NCBI GenBank assembly: GCA_038896535.1
Contig: JAWACY010000001.1
Span: 32,001 to 96,000 of the forward strand
Direction of reading: 5' to 3'
DNA from: Candidatus Anstonellales archaeon
GTDB lineage: Archaea; Micrarchaeota; Micrarchaeia; Anstonellales; J096
Length of the DNA: 64,000 nt
Positions 37,178 to 47,763 of the stretch are shown piece by piece (position 1 is the stretch's first letter; each line of letters opens with the position of its first letter). The notes under the pieces are model-generated. The model was given only the letters and a program-made list of their open reading frames with translations. It was not told where the DNA came from and did no database searches. The translations under genes and the position numbers were made by a program.

Positions 37178-39574
37178 ATGCAAGCGGACTATAGGGACAA
37201 AGCACATAAAAACAAATTAAAAAAGGCTATATTGTTAGATGTTGATTACGTATATAACAAAAAATTTGATGCTGGTTTTATAAGTCTGCTATTAAAAACG
37301 CAGAACGGCATAATAAGAAGATTTTATAAGTTTGACCCATATTTTCTAGTTGATACAAAAGAAATCGAGCGGGGATTAAGATTGCTTAAAAGCCAAAATA
37401 TAGATGCAAGTGCTGAAAAAACAGAGAGAATAATAAATAATGAGAAAAAACAGTTATGGAAAATAATAACAAAAAAGCCGAGCCTTATACCAAAAGCAAA
37501 AAAAATATTGGAAGCTGGCCTTGAAAATGCATCATTTTATGAATATGACATACCTATAAAAAAACGTTTTATGATTGACTATGGGATAGAACCATTCAAT
37601 GAGATATACTATAAATTAAAAGACAAAAGATTAATAGAAGAAATAAAAAATCAAAAGGAGGCTAAGCCCCATTTCAAATTAATGAGTTTCGATATTGAAG
37701 TTTATAACCCACAAGGTGTACCAAATCCTGATAAAGATAATATAATAATTATATCATATAAAAAAGATGATAAAGCATCAGCTATTTCTACTTCACATGC
37801 AAAAAATTCAGCCTTTGCAAAAGATGAGAAAGAACTCTTATTAAAGTTTGATGAACTCATAAAAGAAGAAAAGCCAGACATTATATTTGGCTATAACTCT
37901 TCCTTATTTGACTTTCCATACATAGAAAAAAGGGCAAAGAAACTAAAAATAAAATTGCAGTTGCTGAAAAAATCAAAGAGAATAAGCAAGGGCCTAATAA
38001 AAGGATATAAACTCAGAAGACATATACATCTTGACCTATATCATATAGCAAGATTGCTAAACATTATGGGTATTATTGAAGCTGAAAGACTAACATTGGC
38101 AGATTTGTACAAATCTTTATTCGCAAAAGATAAGTATATGCTTAATAGGCTTGAAATATGGAAATACTGGGACAAAGGGGATAAAGAAGACACTATTAAA
38201 TATGCAATAGGAGATGCTGAAGCAACATTTGAAATAGCAAAAGAGTTTCTTCCTTTAGAAGTTGAACTTGCAAAAACAGCAAAAACAACACTCTTTGATG
38301 TCTCTTTATCAACTGCTGGCCAATTAGTTGAAAGTATGCTTATGTTCTATGCTGCAAAAGAACGCCAACTCATTCCAAAAAAGCCAAACGAGAATGAAAT
38401 AGCAAAAAGGCTTTTGATGCCAATAAAAGGGGGTTTTGTAAAACTACCGATGCCAGGCATTTATGACAATTTAGCTGTTCTTGATTTTAGGGGGTTGTAC
38501 CCTTCAATAATAGTGTCTTATAATGTTGATCCATCAACAATAGCAAATGGAAATGAAGAAGATGTTTTTATTTCACCAACCGGGATAAAATTTAAAAAAA
38601 GGCCCATTGGTTTAATACCAAAAGTACTTGATGAAATAATAGAAAAAAGAAAGGAAATAAAAAAGGTAGTAAAAAAGAGCAATGACCCCTATTTAAAAGC
38701 AAGAAGTCAGGCATTAAAAATATTGGCAAATTCATTTTACGGTTATCTGGGCTATGCTAGAAGTAGGTGGTATAACAGGGATTGCGCTGAAAGCATAACT
38801 GCATGGGGGAGGGAGCACATAAAAAAGGCTGAAGAAGAAGCTGAAAAAAGAGGCTTTGAGGTTCTTTATATAGATACAGATTCATTATTTTTACTAATGA
38901 AAAATAAAACAAAAGAAAGTGTTTTGGAATTTATAAAGGAATTCAACAAAAAATTGCCAGAAAAAATGGAATTAGAGCTTGAAAGTTTTTATAAAAGAGC
39001 ACTATTTGTAAGCAAAAAAGCAGAAGAAAAAGGGGCAAAAAAGAAATATGCTATGCTTGCGGAAGACGGGACAATAAAAATAAGGGGGTTCGAGCTTGTT
39101 AGGAGGGATTGGAGCGATATAGCACGAGAAACGCAAAGGGCTGTACTTGAAACTATATTAAAAGAAGAAAATAAGGAAAATGCATTGAAACATGCGATAT
39201 CAATAGTAAGAGATGTAATAGAAAAAATAAGGAATGGGCAGTTGCCAATAGAAAAATTTATAATAAAAACACAGATAAATAAAGGACTTGATGAATATGA
39301 AGCAACAAGCCCAGAACTCATTGCTGCAAAAAGATTAAAGTCAATTGGAAGAGACGTTGGAAGGGGAAGTGTCATAAGTTATGTTATAACAAAAAAAGGA
39401 AATAGTATATCTGAAAAATCTTATCCATATGAGCTTGCTGATAGTTATGATCCAGAATATTATATAAAAAATCAAATACTGCCTGCTGTTATGAAATTAT
39501 TAAAAGAACTTGGCATAAAAGAAGAAGAATTAACAAACAGTTTAGACCAAAAATCTTTGAAGCACTATTTTTAA
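37178..39574 (+). CDS. polB: Family B DNA polymerase (PolB3 type)
   Basis: FDIEVY exonuclease I motif, GYNS..FD, DFRGLYPSII, KILANSFYGYLG, YIDTDS, KKKYA, RGFELVRRDWS; no intein apparent. Confidence 0.96.
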   Translation: MQADYRDKAHKNKLKKAILLDVDYVYNKKFDAGFISLLLKTQNGIIRRFYKFDPYFLVDTKEIERGLRLLKSQNIDASAEKTERIINNEKKQLWKIITKKPSLIPKAKKILEAGLENASFYEYDIPIKKRFMIDYGIEPFNEIYYKLKDKRLIEEIKNQKEAKPHFKLMSFDIEVYNPQGVPNPDKDNIIIISYKKDDKASAISTSHAKNSAFAKDEKELLLKFDELIKEEKPDIIFGYNSSLFDFPYIEKRAKKLKIKLQLLKKSKRISKGLIKGYKLRRHIHLDLYHIARLLNIMGIIEAERLTLADLYKSLFAKDKYMLNRLEIWKYWDKGDKEDTIKYAIGDAEATFEIAKEFLPLEVELAKTAKTTLFDVSLSTAGQLVESMLMFYAAKERQLIPKKPNENEIAKRLLMPIKGGFVKLPMPGIYDNLAVLDFRGLYPSIIVSYNVDPSTIANGNEEDVFISPTGIKFKKRPIGLIPKVLDEIIEKRKEIKKVVKKSNDPYLKARSQALKILANSFYGYLGYARSRWYNRDCAESITAWGREHIKKAEEEAEKRGFEVLYIDTDSLFLLMKNKTKESVLEFIKEFNKKLPEKMELELESFYKRALFVSKKAEEKGAKKKYAMLAEDGTIKIRGFELVRRDWSDIARETQRAVLETILKEENKENALKHAISIVRDVIEKIRNGQLPIEKFIIKTQINKGLDEYEATSPELIAAKRLKSIGRDVGRGSVISYVITKKGNSISEKSYPYELADSYDPEYYIKNQILPAVMKLLKELGIKEEELTNSLDQKSLKHYF

Positions 39575-39599
39575 ATTTTTGCCCACATTATTTATTAAT

Positions 39600-40559
39600 A
39601 TGGATAGAAAACTATTTGAAAAAATTATTGATATTGTAGAAAGACATAAGAATGATATAGAAGAAAGTGCTTCAATAACAAAGGCACCATTAAAATTATT
39701 TTCATATCAGCTAAAAAAAGACCCAATGGGTTTTTTAGAGTGGCCAATATATTTTATACTAAAACCATTATCAATAAGGGTGAATTTAAATAATTATTTT
39801 CAGGTTTCTAAATTTATATATAAAAGGCGTTTGCTAAGAGCTCAGTATATACTATCAAAATTTTCCGAACAGGAAAATAAAATACTTGAAAATGTATTAA
39901 AGAATTTAGATCCACTGCAAAAAACAACATTCCTTGATTTTTTTAATGGTATAGTAGTAAAAGACCAATATCATGCAAGGGAATTTATCAAAGACGGCCA
40001 AACAATCATTGATTGCGGGGCCAATATCGGCATTTTTTCTATTTTTGCTTCTTATTTAAATGAAAATGGAAAGATATATGCAATAGAGCCAGTTCGTGAA
40101 ACAACAGAAGTAATTAAAAAATTTTTAGGGGCGTTTAAAGTAAAAAATGTTAAGATCATAAGAAATGCCGTTGGTAATAAAAAAGAGAAAAAATCAATGT
40201 ATTTAGAAAGTGGTATTAAGACTAGTGGTAGTAATTCTCTTATTCAAGGATGGGTAAACTATGACACAATTATTAATGTTGAAGTAAATACAATAGACAA
40301 CATCGTTAGAGAAAACAATATGAAAAGTGTTGATTTCATAAAAATGGATATAGAGGGTTATGAAAAAGAGGCATTAACTGGGGCACTTAAAACAATAAGA
40401 AAATTTAAGCCAGTTATAGCAGTTAGTGCATATCACCATAGAGATGATAAAATTTTATTACCAAAAATCATAAAAATGGCTGGCGTTCATTATGGAGTAA
40501 AGTTTGTTAAAGAAGCGGAGGAAGATTTTATTTTTTATCCGAGTGAATCCTATGCATAA
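39600..40559 (+). CDS. FkbM-family methyltransferase
   Basis: IIDCGANIG, YAIEP, VDFIKMDIEGYE, SAYH. Confidence 0.9.
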   Translation: MDRKLFEKIIDIVERHKNDIEESASITKAPLKLFSYQLKKDPMGFLEWPIYFILKPLSIRVNLNNYFQVSKFIYKRRLLRAQYILSKFSEQENKILENVLKNLDPLQKTTFLDFFNGIVVKDQYHAREFIKDGQTIIDCGANIGIFSIFASYLNENGKIYAIEPVRETTEVIKKFLGAFKVKNVKIIRNAVGNKKEKKSMYLESGIKTSGSNSLIQGWVNYDTIINVEVNTIDNIVRENNMKSVDFIKMDIEGYEKEALTGALKTIRKFKPVIAVSAYHHRDDKILLPKIIKMAGVHYGVKFVKEAEEDFIFYPSESYA

Positions 40560-41649
40560 AATCGCTATTTCTGTGGGCACTATAGCAGAACTTATAAAAA
40601 TGAGCCCAGTTATGAGACTTTTGGAAAAAAATGGCATAGATTACACTTTTATTCATACAGGCCAACATGATTTTAATAAAGATTTACTCATTGATCTGGA
40701 AGTAAAAAAACCAGATTTTTCTGTTCAGGTTTTTAATAATGCGCCTATTAGGGGTAGAATATCAAGTATTACTAATCTAACAAATTTTTTTTTTAATACA
40801 ACATTTAAAATAAACAATTATCTAAAGAAAAAAAATATATCATTAAATATGGTACATGGTGATACCTTATCTACACTTGTCTGTAGTCTTGCTACAAAAA
40901 TAATGACAAACACTAAATTGGCGCATATTGAAGCTGGACTTAGAAGCTTTGATTTTTTTGAACCTTTCCCTGAGGAGATCATAAGATTTAGTGTTGATCA
41001 AATGTGCGATATAGCATTTTGTCCAACTAAAAAGGCTTTATATAATATAAAAAATAAAAAAAATGCGTTTGTAACAGGTAACACAGTTATCGATGCTCTA
41101 ATATTCAACTTAAAAAAGCATAAAATAAAAGTAAAGGATAATGATTACATTATAGCAAAAATACATAGAGTAGAAAATTTGAATAATAAATTCAGAATTA
41201 AAGAAATTTATAAAGTCTTGAAATCAATGAATTATAAAACAATATTTATAATGTTTCCGAATACAAAAAATGTTTTTGAGTCTTTAGGGTTGCTTGATGA
41301 ATTAAAAAAGAATAAAAACATAATAATATATGATTTTTTATTATATAAAGATTTTTTAAAGCTCTTTGCAAATTGCAAGCTTATTATAACTGATAGTGGA
41401 GGAGAAGTAGAAGAAGCAACATATCTAAAAAAACCAGTAATATCGTTTAGAAAAAAGTCAGAAAGACTAGAAGCTGAAGAAGTTGGTATAGCTAGAAGAT
41501 CAATTAATAGTCAAGAAATACTGAAATTAGTTGACGAAATATTTAATCATGGAGAAATATACAAAAAAGCAAAAAAAGCTAAATGCCCCTATGGAGAAGG
41601 AAAAGCAGCATTTAAAATAATTTCACATATAAAGGATATTTATGAATAA
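40552..41649 (+). CDS. wecB: UDP-N-acetylglucosamine 2-epimerase (non-hydrolysing)
   Basis: GT.AELIKMSP, HTGQH, VHGDT, AHIEAGLRS, FPEE, TGNTVID, TDSGG, PYGEG.A. Confidence 0.92.
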   Translation: MHKIAISVGTIAELIKMSPVMRLLEKNGIDYTFIHTGQHDFNKDLLIDLEVKKPDFSVQVFNNAPIRGRISSITNLTNFFFNTTFKINNYLKKKNISLNMVHGDTLSTLVCSLATKIMTNTKLAHIEAGLRSFDFFEPFPEEIIRFSVDQMCDIAFCPTKKALYNIKNKKNAFVTGNTVIDALIFNLKKHKIKVKDNDYIIAKIHRVENLNNKFRIKEIYKVLKSMNYKTIFIMFPNTKNVFESLGLLDELKKNKNIIIYDFLLYKDFLKLFANCKLIITDSGGEVEEATYLKKPVISFRKKSERLEAEEVGIARRSINSQEILKLVDEIFNHGEIYKKAKKAKCPYGEGKAAFKIISHIKDIYE

Positions 41650-42700
41650 CATTAAAGTTTTTTGCTATAAAAATACTAATAGCCCTTCTCCACATTATTA
41701 TTCTCTTTATTCATTCCCTCCAAAAAATATTGTTTATATGAACACTATAACAAAATCTGGAACTCCAAACTCATATATTACTTTATTAAAGAATAATATT
41801 ATCAAAGCAATGGAATATTTAGGCCTATGTTTGCCAAACATAAGACCAATAAATAAAAACATTGAAGCAGACATAATTCATTCATTTAATTGTTTGGCCT
41901 TTCATAAAGAAAAACCTATTATCGCTGATTTGGAGATGCCAAGAAATGTTATTCTTGGGGCGCCTAAACAATATTGCGTTTCAAGAGTTAAAAGTATAGT
42001 TTCACATAAAAACTACAAAAAGATTTTAACCTGGACAGACAAGACAAAAAATGAGATATTAAAAATGCTTGATGTTAAAAATGATTTAAAAGATAAATTT
42101 TTAACGCTCTATCCAACAATACCGCCTATAAAAATTAAACAAAAAAGAAACAAGAAAAAACATGTATTACTTTTTACGGCACGCTATTTCAAAGATAAGG
42201 GCGGTATGATAGTATTGGATGTTTTTAAAGAAATGAAAATGAAGTATGATGACATCGAATGTATTATTGTATCAAATACCCCATCAAATTATAAAGAATA
42301 TTACTCTAAGTACGGAATAAAATTTTTTGATTTAATGGATAGGCACATGTTGTTCAAAAAAATCTTTTCAATTTCTACAATTTATATCTACCCCGGCCTA
42401 AGCGATAGTTATGGATTTACCTTTTTAGAAGCGATGAGTTTTGGCTTGCCTATAGTAACACAAGAAGGTTACGCGAGGGATGAAATGGTTAAAAATAACA
42501 AAGAAGGTTTTGTTATAAAAAACACTGGCAAAGACTTAATAAATGAATATGTTGAAAAAATAGAAGAACTCATAAACAATAAAAAATTATATAATGAAAT
42601 GTCAAGAAATTGTATTAAAACAATAAATGAAGGAAGGTTTTGCGCACAAAAAAGAAATGAAAAATTAAGAGCAATTTACGAAGAAGCAATTAGAAAATAA
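41642..42700 (+). CDS. Glycosyltransferase family 4
   Basis: ARYF..KGG, DSYGFTFLEAMSFGLPIV. Confidence 0.88.
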   Translation: MNNIKVFCYKNTNSPSPHYYSLYSFPPKNIVYMNTITKSGTPNSYITLLKNNIIKAMEYLGLCLPNIRPINKNIEADIIHSFNCLAFHKEKPIIADLEMPRNVILGAPKQYCVSRVKSIVSHKNYKKILTWTDKTKNEILKMLDVKNDLKDKFLTLYPTIPPIKIKQKRNKKKHVLLFTARYFKDKGGMIVLDVFKEMKMKYDDIECIIVSNTPSNYKEYYSKYGIKFFDLMDRHMLFKKIFSISTIYIYPGLSDSYGFTFLEAMSFGLPIVTQEGYARDEMVKNNKEGFVIKNTGKDLINEYVEKIEELINNKKLYNEMSRNCIKTINEGRFCAQKRNEKLRAIYEEAIRK

Positions 42701-42708
42701 TGCTTCTT

Positions 42709-45639
42709 TCACTTTAATCTTTTGTATATCTTCACATATCCATTATCAAAAATTTTCTCCCAACCAGGCAATTCATTCAACATAAATGCCATATATAATG
42801 GGCTCTCATAAAATCTTCCTTTTCTGTCATCATAGCCATCTACAACAGAGCCATTAACAATCCATATTTTATCCTTTGTATAAGCTAAATAGAAAATCCC
42901 GTCTGAATATGGCAATAGCAAAGCTTTGTTCAATTGTAACTCATCATTTTCATTTTTCTTATCAAGATAATAAGTTGCAATAATCTCTTTTCCGTCTACA
43001 ATTTTTGCAGTTGATAAACAATAAGCCCTCTTTAATCTGCTTATATCTTGTTTTCCAGCTATGCCCAATTGTGTTGAATAAGCCACATAACCAGTTTTAT
43101 TAGTTATCTTGCTCACTATACAAGTTTCATTTGTGACATATATAGTTTCCCATGCGTTTTCAAATTCACATTCACTAGTAAGTTGTTCTTTTGATGCATC
43201 TGTTAAATTGTTTCTCGCACAAGCCAAATAATTTAAGGCATAAAATTTACCGCCAAACGCATCGCCAGCAAATAATATTTCTCTATCAAAAAGTGCGTAA
43301 TCACTACCATAATATTTTGTTATTTTGTTAAAATCAGTCATATTTGCCATTATATAAGCATGCGCTATGTCCCCTATCATATCCAAGGAAATATGGTCAT
43401 TTCTTATTACTGCATTTCTCTGGCCAAAATAATTAATCCAATGCCCATAATCCCACCAGCTTGTTATTTTTGCATCTTTTGGCAGTGTATTTATAAATTC
43501 CATTGCTTCAAGCCATTCTTTTGGCAGACTAGAAGGGCAGGCATTATATACATATTTGATATTCTTTTCATTTATATTATAAGATAAAACAAAATACATA
43601 ACACAATTAGATTGAGAGAACATATCCCATATTTTAGCATTGCCGTTTGCTAAATTACATAAATACTGTTTATCACTGCTACAAAATGAAAGTACACTTG
43701 TCTCTGGTTTATATAATTTGCATAAATATGATAGTCCAGTATCTTTTAAGCATAATTGCCCTATTGTTAGATTGAAATTCTCAAATGAACATATATTATC
43801 ATCGCATATGTTCGGCATCGCATTTTTATATAAATTATTAAATCCTGGTTTTTCAGCAGCAGCAAATGGAATATAAGCTATTCCGCCTATGTTTAATTGC
43901 AAAACAATGAATGACATTAATAAAAGGAGCAATAATGAAGCAAAATATTGATAATTAACATTTATGAAAAACTTTTTTATTAAAGACTCAACAAAAACAA
44001 AAGCATATGAAAAAGCAAATGCTCCTGCTAAGCCAGATGCAAGAGCCAGCTGGATTGCAAATTTTGCTTTTAAAATTCCAAGAAAAGCTATTGGCAAGAA
44101 AAATGCATAAATTAAAAATAATGGGTAATCAAGGCTTTGCTTTTTCTTCAAAAAATCATAAATATTTTTTATGAATAATGCAGTAAGGAATAATAAAATA
44201 ATAAAAATAAGATTAGGTATTTTATCAATATATATAATATTATAACCAAAAACTGTTTCAGCAATTTTATAAAGGCTAGAGAATATAAGCTCTACTAATT
44301 CAGCAAGTGGTGCAAAAAGTTGCATTACTCCTTCTTTAAATTCAACCCCAACAATGCCAAGTAAAGGCCCAAGACTTTCTCCTGCTGGGTTTTGTTCTGC
44401 TATTGTTCTAACTAATGGCACAGAATATGTTGCTATGCCAACAAATAAATCATTAAGCAGTATGAAAGCCGGATAAATCGCTAATAGAGCAATAAATGCA
44501 ATGATAAATTTAAACTGTGCATTAATTTTTTTATCTTGAATTATGCCCTTTATTCTATCTTTAAAGAGAAGGGATAGCAATAATATGATAGGCAATGCGA
44601 CATATATGACCATATATTTTAATGATAGAGAAGCAATATTAAATATAGCAAACAATAAATTGGATATTGCATAACCAATATAAATTAGGAAAAATTCTCT
44701 TTCATTTTTCTCAAAATATAAGAATAATGTAAGTATTATAATATAAAATACAGATACTTGTACTTGTGTATTAGCTAATGGCATATAGCCAATAAAAGAT
44801 AGAAATAGTAATGGTAAATACTGCCTATCTACAATTGATAAGTATATCAAAGAAAGAGCCACAATATGAAATAAAAATCCGTTTGGCTGTGCTTCAAAAA
44901 GTCCCGCTTGAGTTTTTGCAACAATTCCAGGCGTTGTTATAAAAATAAGAGAAGCCAATAAAGAAGAAAAAGTTGAAAACCTTGTTTTAAATGCCAAATA
45001 AATAAAAAAGCCCATAAATACAGATATTAAAGGGGGGTAAAAACTTGCATAAAAAGGAAGCTTATAAACATCTACTGTTGTTTTTCCTTCATTAATTACA
45101 TAAACCAAAGCTTGATAAAAACCCAAGCCAGGAATTGTTCTATGGCTTACATTAACAACTGGCCACCATGCAGTTTGATCGTTTAATGGTAAATTACCAT
45201 AATTAAGTATTTGAACAGTAACATATAGATAATAATATGGGTCAAGTTCATAGAATATTGGTGTCAAAGATGTAAGTCTTATTATAAAACCAATATATAA
45301 AATTGCAATGATAATAACTGAAATAACAATCTCCTGTTTTTCTTTTTCTATATTAATAAGATCATTTATGCTGGCCTTGTACTTTAATGCAATAAAGATT
45401 GCTATTATATATGTAAATATTAAAACTGCATATGCAGTAACCATATTAAAATTTATACCAAAAAACAGCAACAAAAAGCCCAAAAAAGATATAAAAACAT
45501 ATGAAGAAAATGCTCCTATCAATAACCTTTCAACAATAGTATTTTTCCTAAAATAAAAAAATGCCGCAATAATGCCTGGAAATAAAATAAATAAAATTGA
45601 TATAATTGTTAATGTTATGTTATACATATCATCACGCAT
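42709..45639 (-). CDS. aglB: Oligosaccharyltransferase AglB (STT3 family)
   Basis: ELDPYY, RTIAEQ (TIxE), WLEAM, SWWDYGHWI; many TM helices. Confidence 0.92.
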   Translation of the reverse strand: MRDDMYNITLTIISILFILFPGIIAAFFYFRKNTIVERLLIGAFSSYVFISFLGFLLLFFGINFNMVTAYAVLIFTYIIAIFIALKYKASINDLINIEKEKQEIVISVIIIAILYIGFIIRLTSLTPIFYELDPYYYLYVTVQILNYGNLPLNDQTAWWPVVNVSHRTIPGLGFYQALVYVINEGKTTVDVYKLPFYASFYPPLISVFMGFFIYLAFKTRFSTFSSLLASLIFITTPGIVAKTQAGLFEAQPNGFLFHIVALSLIYLSIVDRQYLPLLFLSFIGYMPLANTQVQVSVFYIIILTLFLYFEKNEREFFLIYIGYAISNLLFAIFNIASLSLKYMVIYVALPIILLLSLLFKDRIKGIIQDKKINAQFKFIIAFIALLAIYPAFILLNDLFVGIATYSVPLVRTIAEQNPAGESLGPLLGIVGVEFKEGVMQLFAPLAELVELIFSSLYKIAETVFGYNIIYIDKIPNLIFIILLFLTALFIKNIYDFLKKKQSLDYPLFLIYAFFLPIAFLGILKAKFAIQLALASGLAGAFAFSYAFVFVESLIKKFFINVNYQYFASLLLLLLMSFIVLQLNIGGIAYIPFAAAEKPGFNNLYKNAMPNICDDNICSFENFNLTIGQLCLKDTGLSYLCKLYKPETSVLSFCSSDKQYLCNLANGNAKIWDMFSQSNCVMYFVLSYNINEKNIKYVYNACPSSLPKEWLEAMEFINTLPKDAKITSWWDYGHWINYFGQRNAVIRNDHISLDMIGDIAHAYIMANMTDFNKITKYYGSDYALFDREILFAGDAFGGKFYALNYLACARNNLTDASKEQLTSECEFENAWETIYVTNETCIVSKITNKTGYVAYSTQLGIAGKQDISRLKRAYCLSTAKIVDGKEIIATYYLDKKNENDELQLNKALLLPYSDGIFYLAYTKDKIWIVNGSVVDGYDDRKGRFYESPLYMAFMLNELPGWEKIFDNGYVKIYKRLK

Positions 45640-46633
45640 TATTTATTTCATTCATTTTCTCTTTTAGCACATAAAGTATTTTAATCTGCTCTTTTGCTGG
45701 TTTTCTTGCCATTGTAGGCAAAAATGCCTTATTCTCTATAGCAAATTTTATTGTTTGATATAAAAATTGCAATGCATTTTTTCTTATGTAGCTATAAAAA
45801 TATTTCCTTCTCTCAATGAGTTTATCAAGAATATATTTTTTTGTTGAAAAAACAAAACCATCAAAATCAGCAAATCCTTTTGCATGTAATGCTTGTTTAA
45901 CATAATCAAATCCTTCATACGTATCAAGCCTAGAATATGGGGTTATTGAAAAACTTATCAATATTTTATTATAATCAATCATTTCTGCATCTTGTTCTTT
46001 AAAATTAGAAATAAGATTTTTATAACCATAATTAACTGCTGCAGAGCATAATATTTTCCTAACAAAAGAACTTCTTATTATTGGTTTTATAATAACCCTT
46101 TTTTGCCTTTTTATTTCATTCAATCCTTGTGCCAAAGCATATGCTGTAGGCATTTCATAAGTAAACCCTTGCTCTTCTATTATTGACATTTCCTTTTCCT
46201 TTTCAATGCCATGTGAAGAAAGCAGATCATACAGCTCCTTAAAGATGATAGCTGAGCCATATTTAAGTTTAAAAAGCATTGTCATATAATCTCCAAAGTC
46301 TGGTAAAAATGAGCGCATATCTTCTTTAATCTTTTTTCTGATTTTCATCCAATATAAACAAAATGAAACCTGCCTCAAACTTAATTTTTTTAATAATGCA
46401 ATCTGCCTGAAATAACGCAATTGTTTTTTTATATCTTCCATCTCTTTCTCGTCTTTATCTTCAATTTCCTTTGCTGCTAATGATATTAGAAATTGCATAG
46501 GCATATGAAAATTTCTTCTTAACATCTCTTTTTTTAATACTGCAAGTGTCATCTCATCTAAACCTTTATAGTTATCAATGGCATATTTTGCAATTGCAAT
46601 GCTTGGCATGCTTATTAAATTATTTACATTCAT
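45632..46633 (-). CDS. Hypothetical protein, possibly DUF530-like
   Basis: EM.RRNF..P, DIKKQLRYFRQIA.LKK resemble my recollection of DUF530; overlaps both top6A and aglB. Confidence 0.4.
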   Translation of the reverse strand: MNVNNLISMPSIAIAKYAIDNYKGLDEMTLAVLKKEMLRRNFHMPMQFLISLAAKEIEDKDEKEMEDIKKQLRYFRQIALLKKLSLRQVSFCLYWMKIRKKIKEDMRSFLPDFGDYMTMLFKLKYGSAIIFKELYDLLSSHGIEKEKEMSIIEEQGFTYEMPTAYALAQGLNEIKRQKRVIIKPIIRSSFVRKILCSAAVNYGYKNLISNFKEQDAEMIDYNKILISFSITPYSRLDTYEGFDYVKQALHAKGFADFDGFVFSTKKYILDKLIERRKYFYSYIRKNALQFLYQTIKFAIENKAFLPTMARKPAKEQIKILYVLKEKMNEINNA

Positions 46634-47757
46634 GGCAAAAATTCCTCCTTTTTTATTTTTTCTCTTAAATAATCTCCTACAAATGTAAGCCTTTGCCCTT
46701 GTAATGCATCCTGCTCAAGTTTCTTCTTTGTTTTTAAAACCAGCTCAAGTTCATCAACCCATGCTTTGTGTTTTTTTATCCATGGATATGATATAAGTTC
46801 TTCGGCCCTTTTTATGTCTACTTCTTTTGCATTTATTGTAAGCTTTTCAAGAAACGGATACTTTTTTATATCACTCATAGCAACGCCAACAAACTTAGCC
46901 TCTGGAACACTAAAATCTTTTCCCAAATATGCCAAATTAATGGATCCAGTTTTTATTGTCCAATATATATACCAACCCCAAGCATCACAGTCCATAAAGC
47001 ATATTATTGGTAATTTCATATCTGCTAACTTCCTTATAAGCCTTCTAGTGCCTCTTGAACTCTGCCCTTTTGGCGTTATCAAAATACAATTTTCCTTTTG
47101 CCAAAATTTATCCTCATTTAATCTTTGCCATAATGCATCTTTCTCGACTACTAAAACATAATCAGCTTTGATTTCAACTATTTCCATATCATTATCAACA
47201 TCTGATGGAATTGTCCACCCGCTCCTTCCTTGTTTTGTGCCATCAATGATTATTTCTTCTCCTGCAAATCTATCAAGAATCTTTATATTCCCTGCAAGAA
47301 CGCCTTTTCTATCAGTCGTTAAATGTAAATCCTCTCTCTTTACTCCTAAAGCAACTTCTAAATCTTCTATTAATGCATTACTCTCGCTCTGCTCTTCAAA
47401 TAAATTCTCGTCCAAATCTTCGCCAAGTGTAAATTTCAGCTGGTAATAAAGCCCTCTTATACTCGTATGCAATCCTTGCTCTATAAATGTTTTTGTCTTA
47501 CTTGCGACAGCTATTGTTTGCATAAAAGTTCTTGATTGGCTGAGATTGAGGAATTTTCTCTGTTCTTGTTTATCACCCAGTTTTAGAAAACCCTCCTGCT
47601 CATTGAATATGACATTGCTCTTACTCCTTAAATAAGTAGAGAAATATGGGCTTTTATTTTGCTCAATTGCTGAAACCATATCTTTGCCCATTTTAACAAG
47701 CTTTTCATAAGCTAACCAATCGTTTGTCTTTTTTTCCTTTTTGTTTTTATCTGCCAT
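46630..47757 (-). CDS. top6A: DNA topoisomerase VI subunit A
   Basis: SIRGLYY catalytic Tyr, QSES..LIEDLE, VVEKDA, KGQ..R.TR, DCDAWG.YIY, KLEQ. Confidence 0.95.
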   Translation of the reverse strand: MADKNKKEKKTNDWLAYEKLVKMGKDMVSAIEQNKSPYFSTYLRSKSNVIFNEQEGFLKLGDKQEQRKFLNLSQSRTFMQTIAVASKTKTFIEQGLHTSIRGLYYQLKFTLGEDLDENLFEEQSESNALIEDLEVALGVKREDLHLTTDRKGVLAGNIKILDRFAGEEIIIDGTKQGRSGWTIPSDVDNDMEIVEIKADYVLVVEKDALWQRLNEDKFWQKENCILITPKGQSSRGTRRLIRKLADMKLPIICFMDCDAWGWYIYWTIKTGSINLAYLGKDFSVPEAKFVGVAMSDIKKYPFLEKLTINAKEVDIKRAEELISYPWIKKHKAWVDELELVLKTKKKLEQDALQGQRLTFVGDYLREKIKKEEFLP

Positions 47758-47763
47758 TGCTAT

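Noticed and set aside
37178..39574. Intein or inactivated polymerase in PolB
   Set aside because: Length (798 aa) and the catalytic motifs are normal
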